From contig JBNMHR010000004.1 of the NCBI GenBank assembly GCA_050872865.1, positions 19,350-83,349 of the forward strand: DNA of 64,000 bases. The letters run 5' to 3'. Under the pieces are notes generated by a model that was not told the origin of the DNA, made no database searches, and saw only the letters and a list, made by a program, of their open reading frames with translations. This DNA comes from Faecousia sp. Its GTDB lineage: Bacteria > Bacillota > Clostridia > Oscillospirales > Oscillospiraceae. Every line of letters starts with the position of its first letter. The stretch's first letter is position 1. The position numbers were made by a program, and so were the translations under genes. This document shows positions 46,911 through 57,100 of the stretch, piece by piece.

Positions 46911-48281
46911 TTAGTCCTCTTCTGCCAGTTCGGCATCGGGGTCTGTATTTGTAAGCCAGGGCCCGGTGCGGTAGTAGTTCAAAGAGATCACCGCGGCGGC
47001 TACCCAGCCCACCGGCCAGGAGGCCCAGATGCCCAGGTCCCCCAAAGCAGTTCTGGACAGGGTCAGGGCCAAAATCACCCGGAGGAGCAGGTCTACAAAG
47101 GTGGCCACCATGAACTTTTTCATCATCCCGGCCCCCCGTAAAATACCGTCGCAGATGAGCTTGGCGGAGATCACAAAGTAGAAGGGCGCCAAAATCCGCA
47201 GAAACACCAGTCCTGTTTTGGTGGCCACCACGCTGGTCTCATCCAGGAACAGGGCCAGCACCAGCTTCCCGCCGAAGAAGTACAGCAGGCTCAGGGGCAG
47301 GGCCACCATCCAGATCATGCGGATGCCTGCCCGGAAGCCCTCTTTGACCCGGTGGAGCTTTCCGGCGCCGATGTTCTGGGCGGTGTAGTTGGACACGCCG
47401 TTGCCCACGGTGGTAAAGCAGGTAAGCACCAGGTTATTGAGCTTCACCGCCGCGGAGTACCCGGCCATGACCCCGGCACCGAAGCCGTTGATCACGCCCT
47501 GGATAATGATGTTGCCCACGGAAATAAAGCTCTGCTGCAAAATGCTTGGAATGGCAATGATCACGATCTTTTTGAGCAGTACCCCGGAGAAGAAGGGGGC
47601 CTTCTCCCCGCCGCAGACCTTTTCCAGCCGCCGCAGCACCACGATCACCGCCAGGATGCAGCTGATGCCCTGGCACAGGAAGGTGGCCCAGGCCACACCG
47701 GCCACGCCCATTTTGAAAGCGCTGACAAACAGGATATCCACCGCAATATTGGACACGGAGGACACCGCCAAAAAGTAAAAGGGCGTTTTGGAATCTCCCA
47801 TGGCGGAAAAAATGCCGGTGGAGATATTATAAAAGAACACAAAGGGCAGGCCGTAGACATAGATGTCCAGATACAGCCTGGAATCCGCCAAAACCTCCTG
47901 AGGCGTCCGAATAAGACTTAACAGCCACCCAGCGCAGCCCACGCCCAGAAGCATCAGGAAAGCGCAGATGGCGGCGCTGAAGATGCTGGCCGTAAACACG
48001 GCGGTCTTTACGCCCTTATAGTCCTTGGCCCCAAACAGCTGGCTCACCACCACCGAGCAGCCCATATTACAGCCGAAGGCAAAGGCCAGGAAAATCAGCG
48101 TGATCTCATAGCTGTTGCCCACCGCCGCCAGGGCATTCTCTCCGATAAACTTTCCGGCCACCAGGCTGTCGGCTATGTTATACAGCTGCTGGAACAAGAT
48201 GCTTCCCAGCAGCGGGATGCAGAACTCCCGCAAAACCTTACTGGGGCTCCCCACGGTCAGATCCTTATTCAAAAATATCAT
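46911..48281 (-). CDS. MATE family efflux transporter
   Basis: DLTVGSP, FQQLYNIADS, GDSKTP, MGVAGVAWAT; terminator at 46882-46909. Confidence 0.93.
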   Translation of the reverse strand: MIFLNKDLTVGSPSKVLREFCIPLLGSILFQQLYNIADSLVAGKFIGENALAAVGNSYEITLIFLAFAFGCNMGCSVVVSQLFGAKDYKGVKTAVFTASIFSAAICAFLMLLGVGCAGWLLSLIRTPQEVLADSRLYLDIYVYGLPFVFFYNISTGIFSAMGDSKTPFYFLAVSSVSNIAVDILFVSAFKMGVAGVAWATFLCQGISCILAVIVVLRRLEKVCGGEKAPFFSGVLLKKIVIIAIPSILQQSFISVGNIIIQGVINGFGAGVMAGYSAAVKLNNLVLTCFTTVGNGVSNYTAQNIGAGKLHRVKEGFRAGIRMIWMVALPLSLLYFFGGKLVLALFLDETSVVATKTGLVFLRILAPFYFVISAKLICDGILRGAGMMKKFMVATFVDLLLRVILALTLSRTALGDLGIWASWPVGWVAAAVISLNYYRTGPWLTNTDPDAELAEED

Positions 48282-48543
48282 CCTTTTTTACAAATTTTAC
48301 CCCTCCATTTTATCGCTTCTTCACAAAAAATCAAGTCTTTCCAGGTTTTTCTGCATTCTGCCCAGCCTGCCCCAGGAAGAAACCTTAGGACTTTGTGGGC
48401 TTTTCCGGCAAATCCCCAAGTTTCCCTTTGTCAAGAGGAAAGCTTTCCGATTTTCCCTCCCCATTTCTGTGGAATTCGTCAATTGCCCCCCTTGGGCCCC
48501 CTGTGGTATAATGCCGCTCAGTGCGAATTTGGAGGTATGCCAC

Positions 48544-48858
48544 ATGTCAACCACAGTCAGCCATCCAACCAATGCGGCAATTTTCAAGGCCGAGCAAGCC
48601 GTTTTTTCCGGCATCCGGGGCATGGACGCCCTGCTAAAGGCGCCGCCGGAAAAGGCCGCCGCCCTGCAGGCCAAGTATCCCGACGCCGCCTTTGCCCTGA
48701 TGACCGCCAACAATCTGTTTACCGGCGACAGCGAGCAATGCGCCATCCATCAGGAAGCCTACTTCTCCATCCTGCGGGGAGAGAGCCTGAAAAACGTCCG
48801 GTTCCGGTATGAAAAGGAAATGGATGCCTACGTGGAAAAGCACATGTGGGACGATTAA
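48544..48858 (+). CDS. Hypothetical protein
   Basis: RBS GGAGG and promoter TTGCCC-N17-TATAAT upstream; host-like codon usage. Confidence 0.7.
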   Translation: MSTTVSHPTNAAIFKAEQAVFSGIRGMDALLKAPPEKAAALQAKYPDAAFALMTANNLFTGDSEQCAIHQEAYFSILRGESLKNVRFRYEKEMDAYVEKHMWDD

Positions 48859-48870
48859 AGATAGAAAAAA

Positions 48871-49008
48871 GCTGTCATTGCGAACCAGTGACCGACGTCA
48901 CTGGTGTGGCAATCCCCCGGACTCTTGAATGACTTGGTCTTATTCCAAGTCGTCCCATTCAACCGGGAGATTCCCACGCCAGTGTGCGCACTGGCTCAGA
49001 ATGACAGC
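48871..49008. repeat. REP/REPIN-like element without outer inverted repeats
   Basis: GCTGTCATTGCGAACCAGTGACCGACGTCACTGG...CACTGGCTCAGAATGACAGC. Confidence 0.85.
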
Positions 49009-49017
49009 TCTTTCTTT

Positions 49018-49275
49018 TTACTTTCTTCCAAAAAGATGGAAGCCCTTCTTTTCGTAAGGGGCGGAGGTGATGTTCCCTACCGTGTAGCCCGTGGGGTCGA
49101 TGGCGGCGCGGATGGCCTGTTCGTCCAGGGGCTCCTTGGAAAGAATCACCGTCTCCCCTTTGCTATGGGAGGAGGTCACCTTTTCCACCGGGAAGGCGGC
49201 GCGGATGGCATCGTTGACATGGGACTCACACATAGAGCAGGCCATGCCGGAAACTTTGACTGTTGTTTGGGTCAT
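49018..49275 (-). CDS. Heavy-metal-associated (HMA, CopZ-like) protein
   Basis: VSGMACSMC motif; promoter TTGACG-N17-TATAAT upstream. Confidence 0.88.
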   Translation of the reverse strand: MTQTTVKVSGMACSMCESHVNDAIRAAFPVEKVTSSHSKGETVILSKEPLDEQAIRAAIDPTGYTVGNITSAPYEKKGFHLFGRK

Positions 49276-49436
49276 GTTGATCATTCCTTTCTGGCCCGGA
49301 TTATAGCACAATTTAAAGTTAGCGTCAACTAACCTTTTGCACAAAAAGTACAGTGGTCTACTATACTATAAGATGTAAATTGCCCCCAGGCATCCGATTC
49401 TCCTGTTGGATGTTCTGGGGGCCTTGTCATGTTCAA

Positions 49437-51659
49437 TTACAGGTGGAGCACCCGGTCCTTGATCTCCTGGGTACGGCCCTGATTCCAGAACTGGGTACCA
49501 ATGTAGCCGCAGGTACGGCGGGCCACATTCATCTTATTCTGGTCCCGGTTGCCGCACTGGGGGCAGACCCAAACCAGCTTGTGGTCGTCTTCCCTGATCT
49601 CGATCTCGCCGTCATAGCCGCAAACCTGGCAGTAGTCGGACTTGGTGTTCAGCTCGGCATACATGATGTTGTCGTAGATGAACTGCATCACTTCCAACAC
49701 GGCATCGATGTTATTCTGCATATTGGGCACTTCTACGTAGCTGATAGCCCCGCCGGGGGACAGCTGCTGGAACTCCGCCTCGAAGCGCAGCTTGGTAAAG
49801 GCGTCGATGGGTTCGGACACATGGACATGGTAGGAATTGGTGATGTAGCTCTTGTCCGTAATGCCGGGGACAATACCGAACCGCTTCTGCAGACACTTGG
49901 CAAACTTGTAGGTGGTAGATTCCAAGGGTGTGCCGTAGAGGGAGTAATCAATGTCCTCCGCTGCCTTCCACTGGGCGCACTTGTCGTTCATCTTCTGCAT
50001 GACGGACAGGGCGAAGGGCTTGGCCTCCGGGTCCGTATGGGACTTGCCGGTCATGTACTTGACGCACTCGTAAAGGCCGGCGTAGCCCAGGGAGATGGTG
50101 GAGTAGCCGCCGTACAGCAGCTTATCGATGGGCTCTCCCTTCTGCAGCCGGGCCAGAGCGCCATACTGCCACAGGATGGGGGCGGCATCGGACAGGGTGC
50201 CCTTCAGCCGCTCGTGACGGCAGCGCAGGGCCTTGTGGCACAGCTCCAGACGCTCCTCGAAGATCTCCCAGAACTTGTCCGCGTCTGCGCCGGAGGACAG
50301 GGCCACATCCACCAGGTTGATGGTGACCACGCCCTGGTTGAACCGGCCGTAGTACTTGGGCTTCCCCGGCTCGTAGTTCTTGGCACCGGCCACATTGTCC
50401 CAGCCGTTGCCGGACCGGTCCGGAGTCAGGAAGCTGCGGCAGCCCATGCAGGTATATACATCGCCGTTGCCCTTGGTCTCGCCCTTGGAGAGCTTAAACT
50501 CCCGCATTTTCTTTTCGCTGATGCAATCCGGTACCATCCGCTTGGCGGTGCACTCGGCGGCCAGCCGGGTCAGGTACCAGTAAGGGGTGTCCTCCCGGAT
50601 GTTGTCCTCCTCCAGCACGTAGATGAGCTTGGGGAAGGCCGGGGTGATCCATACGCCCTTTTCGTTCTTCACGCCCTCGTAGCGCTGGCGCAGGGTCTCT
50701 TCGATGATCATGGCCAGGTCCTTCTTCTCCTGCTCGTTCCGGGCCTCGTTCAGGTACATGAAGACGGTGATAAAGGGGGCCTGTCCGTTGGTAGTCATCA
50801 GGGTAACTACCTGGTACTGGATGGTCTGCACGCCCCGGCGAACCTCATCCCGCAGCCGGTCTTCCACCACCTTACAGATGGCTTCCTCGCTGGGTTTGAC
50901 GCCGAAGACTTCCATTTCCCGCTCCACGTTCCGGCGGATCTTCTCCCGGCTGATCTGAACGAAGGGGGCCAGATGGGTCAGAGAAATGGACTGGCCGCCG
51001 TACTGGTTGGAGGCCACCTGAGCGATGATCTGGGTAGCGATGTTGCAGGCGGTAGAGAAGGAATGGGGCTTCTCGATGAGGGTCCCGGAGATCACGGTGC
51101 CGTTCTGCAGCATATCGTCCAGGTTGATGAGATCGCAGTTGTGCATATGCTGGGCATAGTAGTCGGAATCGTGGAAGTGGATGATACCCGCCTCGTGGGC
51201 TGCCACAATGTCTCTGGGCAGCAAAATACGGCTGGTAATGTCCTTGGAAACTTCGCCCGCCATGTAGTCCCGCTGGACGGCATTGATGGTGGGGTTCTTG
51301 TTGGCGTTCTCCTGCTTGACTTCCTCGTTGTTGCACTCGATGAGGCTCAGGATCCGGTCGTCGGTGGTGTTGGACTGGCGCAAAAGGTTTCTGGTATACC
51401 GGTAGGTGATATACTCCTTGGCCACCTCAAAGGCGCCGTGGGCCATAATGGCCTTCTCCACCAGGTCCTGAATTTCCTCTACGGAGGGGCTGCGGCCCAG
51501 CTCCTCACAGGCCACGCTGACGCTTTCCGCGATGCGCTCGATCTGGATGGGGGTCAGGCGAACCTTTTCGTCTACAGCGACGTTGGCCTTGGAAATGGCC
51601 ATGTTGATCTTCGTAATATCAAACACGACTTCTGTACCGTTGCGCTTAATGATTTTCAT
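49437..51659 (-). CDS. nrdD: Anaerobic (class III) ribonucleoside-triphosphate reductase with ATP cone
   Basis: IIKRNG ATP cone, MGCRSFL, CQVC...CPQC zinc site, RRTCGY glycyl-radical motif. Confidence 0.96.
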   Translation of the reverse strand: MKIIKRNGTEVVFDITKINMAISKANVAVDEKVRLTPIQIERIAESVSVACEELGRSPSVEEIQDLVEKAIMAHGAFEVAKEYITYRYTRNLLRQSNTTDDRILSLIECNNEEVKQENANKNPTINAVQRDYMAGEVSKDITSRILLPRDIVAAHEAGIIHFHDSDYYAQHMHNCDLINLDDMLQNGTVISGTLIEKPHSFSTACNIATQIIAQVASNQYGGQSISLTHLAPFVQISREKIRRNVEREMEVFGVKPSEEAICKVVEDRLRDEVRRGVQTIQYQVVTLMTTNGQAPFITVFMYLNEARNEQEKKDLAMIIEETLRQRYEGVKNEKGVWITPAFPKLIYVLEEDNIREDTPYWYLTRLAAECTAKRMVPDCISEKKMREFKLSKGETKGNGDVYTCMGCRSFLTPDRSGNGWDNVAGAKNYEPGKPKYYGRFNQGVVTINLVDVALSSGADADKFWEIFEERLELCHKALRCRHERLKGTLSDAAPILWQYGALARLQKGEPIDKLLYGGYSTISLGYAGLYECVKYMTGKSHTDPEAKPFALSVMQKMNDKCAQWKAAEDIDYSLYGTPLESTTYKFAKCLQKRFGIVPGITDKSYITNSYHVHVSEPIDAFTKLRFEAEFQQLSPGGAISYVEVPNMQNNIDAVLEVMQFIYDNIMYAELNTKSDYCQVCGYDGEIEIREDDHKLVWVCPQCGNRDQNKMNVARRTCGYIGTQFWNQGRTQEIKDRVLHL

Positions 51660-51706
51660 AGTACATAGCCTCCTTTTCAAAGTCTCTTGCTCATTGCCGC
51701 CTTATT

Positions 51707-51754
51707 ATACTACATCTTGTGGTTTTGTCAAGATGCGACCACAAGATATAGTGG
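51707..51754. promoter_or_regulatory. Tandem NrdR boxes overlapping the nrdD promoter
   Basis: ATACTACATCTTGTGG (51707) and CCACAAGATATAGTGG (51739), 32 bp apart; minus-strand TTGACA-N16-TATAAT. Confidence 0.85.
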
Positions 51755-51948
51755 TCGCCCTTTTCGGGCGAAAAAGTTACAGAATGGCAACAGGGGTTTG
51801 CGGTCTGATTTCCGGGGCCAAAGTTGGTTTTTCCATGGGCCAAACGAAATATGTCATTGTAAAATCAGGGAGAATATAGTACAATGGTTTGGTACGGTCT
51901 TAACATAATTTTCCCTGTTCCGCACAGAAAATTGAAAGGAGCATTTTC

Positions 51949-52968
51949 ATGGAGGAAAATTTCAGCAATCTGCACATAGACGAGGGCGCCACCCTGTACA
52001 CCATCACCGGCGGCGGCCTGACCGCCCAAATTATGGACCTGGGGGCCACCCTGGTACGGCTGTGGGTCCCGGATCAGAATGGCGATAAGGACGACGTAGT
52101 CCTGGGCTACGACACTGCCAAAGGCTACAAAGAGGGCGGCAGCTTCCTGGGGGCCACCGTGGGCCGCAGCGCCAACCGCATTGCGGGTGCATCCTTCTCC
52201 CTGAACGGCAAGACCTATGCCATGACTGCCAACGAGGGGCGCAACAACCTCCATTCCGGCCCGGACTGCTACCACCTGCGGCTGTGGGATGTGAAGGAGC
52301 AGACGGAAAACGCCATCACCTTTACCCTCCTGAGCCCGGACGGAGACCAGGGCATGCCCGGCACTGCCCAAATCGCCGTCACCTATCGCCTGGATGGGGA
52401 CGGCGGCCTGCACATCATCTACGACGGCCTGTGCGACCAGGACACCATTTTCAATATGACGAACCACAGCTACTTTAACCTGGCCGGCCACCGGCACCCG
52501 GAGAAGGCCATCTCCCAGGTCCTCTCCCTCCCTGCCCGGCATTTCTGCCCGGACGATGCCGAAAGCATCCCCACAGGCGTCAAGCAGCCGGTAGAGGGCA
52601 CCCCCATGGACTTTAGGGCCCCCAAGCCCATCTGCCAGGACATCGACGCGGACTTCGAGCCTCTGCACCTGCAGGGCGGGTACGACCATAATTTTGAGGT
52701 CTTCTGCAACCCTTGCGCCACGCTGACGGACGTAGATTCCGGCCGCAGTATGTCCGTATACACCGACTGCCCGGGCATCCAGTTCTATTCCGGCAACTTC
52801 CTGAAGGAAGCGGGCAAGGATGGTATTGCCTACGGCAAGCACGCCGGCATCGCCCTGGAGACCCAGTTCTACCCCGACAGCATCCATCACCCCGACTGGG
52901 CCCAGCCCGTGGTCAAGGCCGGTAAGCGGTATCACTCCGAGACCTGCTATCAGTTCAGCTGGAAATAA
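51949..52968 (+). CDS. galM: Aldose 1-epimerase (galactose mutarotase)
   Basis: DVVLGYD, GATVGRSANRI, LHSG, NMTNHSYFNL, GYDHNF, ALETQ. Confidence 0.93.
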   Translation: MEENFSNLHIDEGATLYTITGGGLTAQIMDLGATLVRLWVPDQNGDKDDVVLGYDTAKGYKEGGSFLGATVGRSANRIAGASFSLNGKTYAMTANEGRNNLHSGPDCYHLRLWDVKEQTENAITFTLLSPDGDQGMPGTAQIAVTYRLDGDGGLHIIYDGLCDQDTIFNMTNHSYFNLAGHRHPEKAISQVLSLPARHFCPDDAESIPTGVKQPVEGTPMDFRAPKPICQDIDADFEPLHLQGGYDHNFEVFCNPCATLTDVDSGRSMSVYTDCPGIQFYSGNFLKEAGKDGIAYGKHAGIALETQFYPDSIHHPDWAQPVVKAGKRYHSETCYQFSWK

Positions 52969-52985
52969 AGATACCAAACTTCTGA

Positions 52986-53213
52986 GGCTGTTAGAAAAGT
53001 ATGTCGTTGCGAACCAGTGACCGATGTCACTGGTGTGGCAACCCCCCGGTTGAATGGAAACCGGCTGGTTTTACAACCAAAATGTTTGAACATCCGGGGG
53101 ATTCCCACGCCAGTCTAGCACCGCAGTGCTGTGCATAGCGCAACCGCCGTAGGCGGCTCTTAGCGCGGAGCAGTGCGCACTGGCTCGGAATGACAGACCG
53201 TTTTCTAACAGCC
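52986..53213. repeat. REP/REPIN-like element with outer inverted repeats and a nested 58-bp insert
   Basis: Near-copy of 35255-35427 with an extra segment at 53115-53172. Confidence 0.85.
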
Positions 53214-53287
53214 CCATTCGTTTTCCCTGTCACATTTCCTCCTTTTTGCATACACTGTCCTGTAAGCTAAATTCAGGAGGGAAAACA

Positions 53288-54106
53288 ATGGCTGATCTGT
53301 GTCCGGACGCCCTGCGCTGCAACCCCAACGACCTGCGGCAGGCCATGTCCATCCACACCCGCAAAATCACCGACTCCTGTCGGGATAAGGACTGCATCGA
53401 GGATCTCCCCGTCTATCTGACCGCCGGGTCCCAACGGATCCTGGAGTCCTCTGCCAGCACCCGGGTTCGGTGCGCCGAGCTCATGAATACCTACATAGAG
53501 GTAGAGCCCATTGCCTTTGACAAGACCCACTACTGCATCGATATCACCTTCTACTACCGCATCCTGGCCGATACCGTCATCGGTGCCAACCGCCCGGCGG
53601 CCCTGTGCGGGCTGGCGGTGTTTACCAAGCGGGTAGTGCTCTGCGGCGAAGAAAGCTGCGCCCACATCTACCGCAGCGACCACCGGCACTGCGCCCCGGA
53701 TGCCCTGAACCACGCCAGCCGCCCCACGGCCGTGGTGGAGGCTCTGGACCCCATGGTGCTAAGCAGCCGGGTACGGGAGGCCTGCGACTGCCGGGACAGC
53801 TGCCCGGTGCAATTGCCGGACTGGGTAAGAGCCGCCTTTGACGAGGACCTGGCCATGCAGTCCGACCGCCGGAAGCTCTACGTGACCCTGGGCCAGTTCT
53901 CCATCGTCCGCCTGGAGCGGGACGCCCAGCTCATCGTCCCCGTTATGGACTACAGCATCCCCACCAAGGAATGCTGCGACTCCCCCGGCTGCGCCGAGGA
54001 CCCCTGCGAAATGTTCAGCCGCATCCCCTTCCCCGCCGCCCAGTTCACCCCCAAGGGCTGCGACTGCAAGCCCAAGGCGCCGGACTGCGGGTGCTGCGGG
54101 AAGTAA
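53288..54106 (+). CDS. Cys-rich hypothetical protein, probably sporulation/coat related
   Basis: RBS GGAGG; KITDSCRDKDC, LGQFSIVRLER; sigmaE-like promoter GTCACATT...CATACACT upstream; terminator at about 54107-54139. Confidence 0.7.
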   Translation: MADLCPDALRCNPNDLRQAMSIHTRKITDSCRDKDCIEDLPVYLTAGSQRILESSASTRVRCAELMNTYIEVEPIAFDKTHYCIDITFYYRILADTVIGANRPAALCGLAVFTKRVVLCGEESCAHIYRSDHRHCAPDALNHASRPTAVVEALDPMVLSSRVREACDCRDSCPVQLPDWVRAAFDEDLAMQSDRRKLYVTLGQFSIVRLERDAQLIVPVMDYSIPTKECCDSPGCAEDPCEMFSRIPFPAAQFTPKGCDCKPKAPDCGCCGK

Positions 54107-54161
54107 CGAAAAGCCCCTCCTTGCGGAGGGGTTTTCGTTTCGTATCAGGCGTTTTGCATCA

Positions 54162-57100
54162 TCACCGGACCACAAGCTTCAGAGTAACGGTCCCATTGGG
54201 TTTGCTGCTTTGGTTGCCTTCCAGGAAGACATTCAAGGTAACGCTTGTAGGGTATTTTGCGTTGCGATCCACGGTGTTATCTTGGAAACCAATGGCATAT
54301 TCCCCGTTTCCGTAATCATAAATGCAGAACAGCGCCTGCTGCCTGGCGTCCTTGATGGTGACTCGGTCCACCGGATTCAAGGCTCCGTCTGCGGATGTGA
54401 TTTGGAAGATACCCCGGCTGAAGCGGTCCGTTTTGTACAGCACCGGGGCACCGGCTGCTGTGACCTTGCCGGTGCCGGATTTCAGGGTGAGCTTTCCATA
54501 GGCAGGATTGCCGCCGCGGAAGGACAGGGCCGCCCGGTATTGGCAGCCCAGATCCGGAGTCGCTCCCGGGGTCTTTTGAATGGCGAAAGTCCCGTCCTCA
54601 TTCTCGGTCACCGTAAACATTCCCTCCGGTACGGTGGTGTAAGAGGCGTTCTTTTCACTTGTCGCCCACTCCACCGTAAGCTTCGGTTCCAGATTCTCCC
54701 AGGACGCGCAATTGGTGAATTTGGGTGTGACCACAACCGCAGTCCCATCCCGAACCACATCAATGCTTCCCTTGGCTGTCAGCTTTGCGGAGACCGCCGC
54801 CTTGCTGGCCGCGGGGGTCTTGACCGTCAGCACCGACACAGGCTCCCCGGCCTTTGCCTGGAGGCTCACCCTATAGGTCGTACCGAAAGCCGTATCGGCA
54901 TTGGTGTTTACCGTCAATACGCCATCGGCCCAATCAAAGTCCAGCCCGCTGCCATCCAGTTGGACCAAGGGCTCCTGGAAATCATAGTCCTTTGTCTGGC
55001 AGGTCACGGTCACCCTGTCGCTGTCCCCTACCCTGGGATTCAGGGTGATACTCGTTTTCGACAGCTTCAGGTTCACCGGCGTGTATTTTACGGGGATCTT
55101 CACATTGGAGATCTGTACCATCTGTCCGTTTTCCAGCAAAAGCGATGCGTCTAAGGTATAATTGTGCTTTGCGTTCAAATTTGCCGTCTGCCCTGCTTTT
55201 ACAATGATTCGTCCGTTTTGTACCGATACTTCCCAATTTTCCGGTTTTTCCGTTACCAGATTTTTCCCTTCATATTCCCGGAGCGTCCAGTTGTCCAGCG
55301 TGAATCTGCCGGAGGAATAGTTCCGGAAGGTGGGCGTTACTACCGCCGCGCTCTCCGGGAAGGACCGGTCAATACCGCCGGAGGCCTTGGCGGTCACGGT
55401 GATGGTGCTCTGCTTCTGTGCCGCCGTTTTTACGGTGATCACCGCATCCTTGGGCATTTCCGGAATACGGATATGGAGATAGTAGGTGCTCCCCGGCTGA
55501 GTCCTTTCCGTGGTCCGGATGGACATGGTTCCGTTTTCAAAGCTGAAATTCAGAAGCCCCCGTTCCAAGGTGTTGCCCTTGCTGTCTGCCAGGAAAGAAT
55601 CGATGCTGCGAATTTGATAATCCGCCGGAGAAACGGCGATGGGGATCTGAACGCTGTCCCCGGCGATACCGTTCAGGGTAACGCTCTTGGGATTTGCGGT
55701 CAGCACAGGGGCTTTGACCACAGCCTTCCATTTCAGGCAAAGCTGCCGGGCCGTATCCGCAAAGGAGACCCATAGCTCTTTATTTCCCGCCGTAACGGCG
55801 TCTTTGGGGACCAGGGTCAGGTTTCCGGTATCCCGGTCCAGGGTCACGTCAAAGCCCTCTGCGGTGGCGTCCTCTACCTGCAGCGATTCCAGGGTATCGG
55901 CCCGGTTCCCGCACTGCAGCTTCAGGGTGACGCCCTGGCTGTTGGCGCTGGCAAAGGTGACGGACGTGGCCGACAGCTTTAGCTTCGGAGCCCCGTAGGT
56001 CAGCTTCACCGGGATCTTCAGCGCCACCGGGTTTGCCCATTCGGCGGTTTCCACCTGGACGTACACATTGCCGGATGCTGCCTTTGCGGGCGCCAGCTCG
56101 TTAAGGGTCAGCCTGCCGTCCTCCAGCTCCAGCCAATCCGGCAGGGCGCTGGTTTTTGCGGTATCCATATTCTCGTCCCGGATGACCGCCGTTACGGTAC
56201 CGCCGGTGATCTCAATGGGCTGGGACCGGTCCGTATAGAAAGCATTGAAGCTAATCGCCGCCGCCTTCAGCTTGGGCATGGATTTTTTAACGGTAAGCTT
56301 CAGGCTCTGGTCCGTCACAAACGTCTCTTCCCCGATCTGCAGGCAGACCTTGCTGGAATAGCTGCTCTTTACGTCCTTGGGTGCCTCCAAAGCCGCCTGT
56401 CTCGGCACCACCAGAAGGGTCCGGTCATCCTTGACCCGCAGCTCAAACAGCTCGTCCGCAGCCTCCTCTTCGAACTGGGCGCCTGTGACCGCCACGCCAC
56501 CGGGCTCCTCGCTCTGGGCAAAGGCGGCAATTTCCGACTGGTTCTGTTCCAGCAGAAGCACCACCTCAAAGGAAGCGTAATCCTTCCGGAACAGCTCCGC
56601 CGTCAAGCTGGTGGTCCCCAGCTGGACCCCCTGCACCTCTGCGGAGGTCTTCTGCTCCGTCACATCCACCCGGCACCGGGCGGTGTAGGTGGTGCCGTTG
56701 GCGGTTACAGAGGCCACTGCATAGGCCGCGCCTGCGTTGTGGGCGTGGATCGTGCCGTCTTGGTCAACGGTGATGACGTTCTCGCCCTCGATGGGGGTGA
56801 CGGACCATTGGAGGAATTCTCCAAGTGCTTCCGGATAGGTTTGGAATAACAACCGCATGTTGGTCCCCAATGGCAGAGTGATATAGGACTGGTTCAGTTG
56901 AACCTGAGGCTGCATATCGGTTCCAAACAGGAACGCCTCGTCCACCCTTCCATCGGAATTGTTATCCAATGCTAATACCGGCTGTGCATCCTCCGTAACG
57001 TAAGCCGTCATCTTCGCTGTAACCGGTACATTCTGGATTTCCATCGGTTCCCCTTCATCCAGAATATAGCTGACATCCATTGTACCTGCATCCACGCCCC

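Noticed and set aside
49437-51659. nrdD without adjacent nrdG as a novelty
   Set aside because: The activase is often encoded elsewhere; this cannot be judged from one window.
49353-52977. Long ORFs 49353-51668(+) and 51865-52977(-), and similar ones such as 23319-24932(+) and 8477-9781(+)
   Set aside because: Antisense shadows of well-supported genes, expected with high-GC codon bias; no recognisable motifs.
35255-53213. Repeats as a possible CRISPR array
   Set aside because: The copies are dispersed palindromes rather than a repeat-spacer array, and no cas genes are present.
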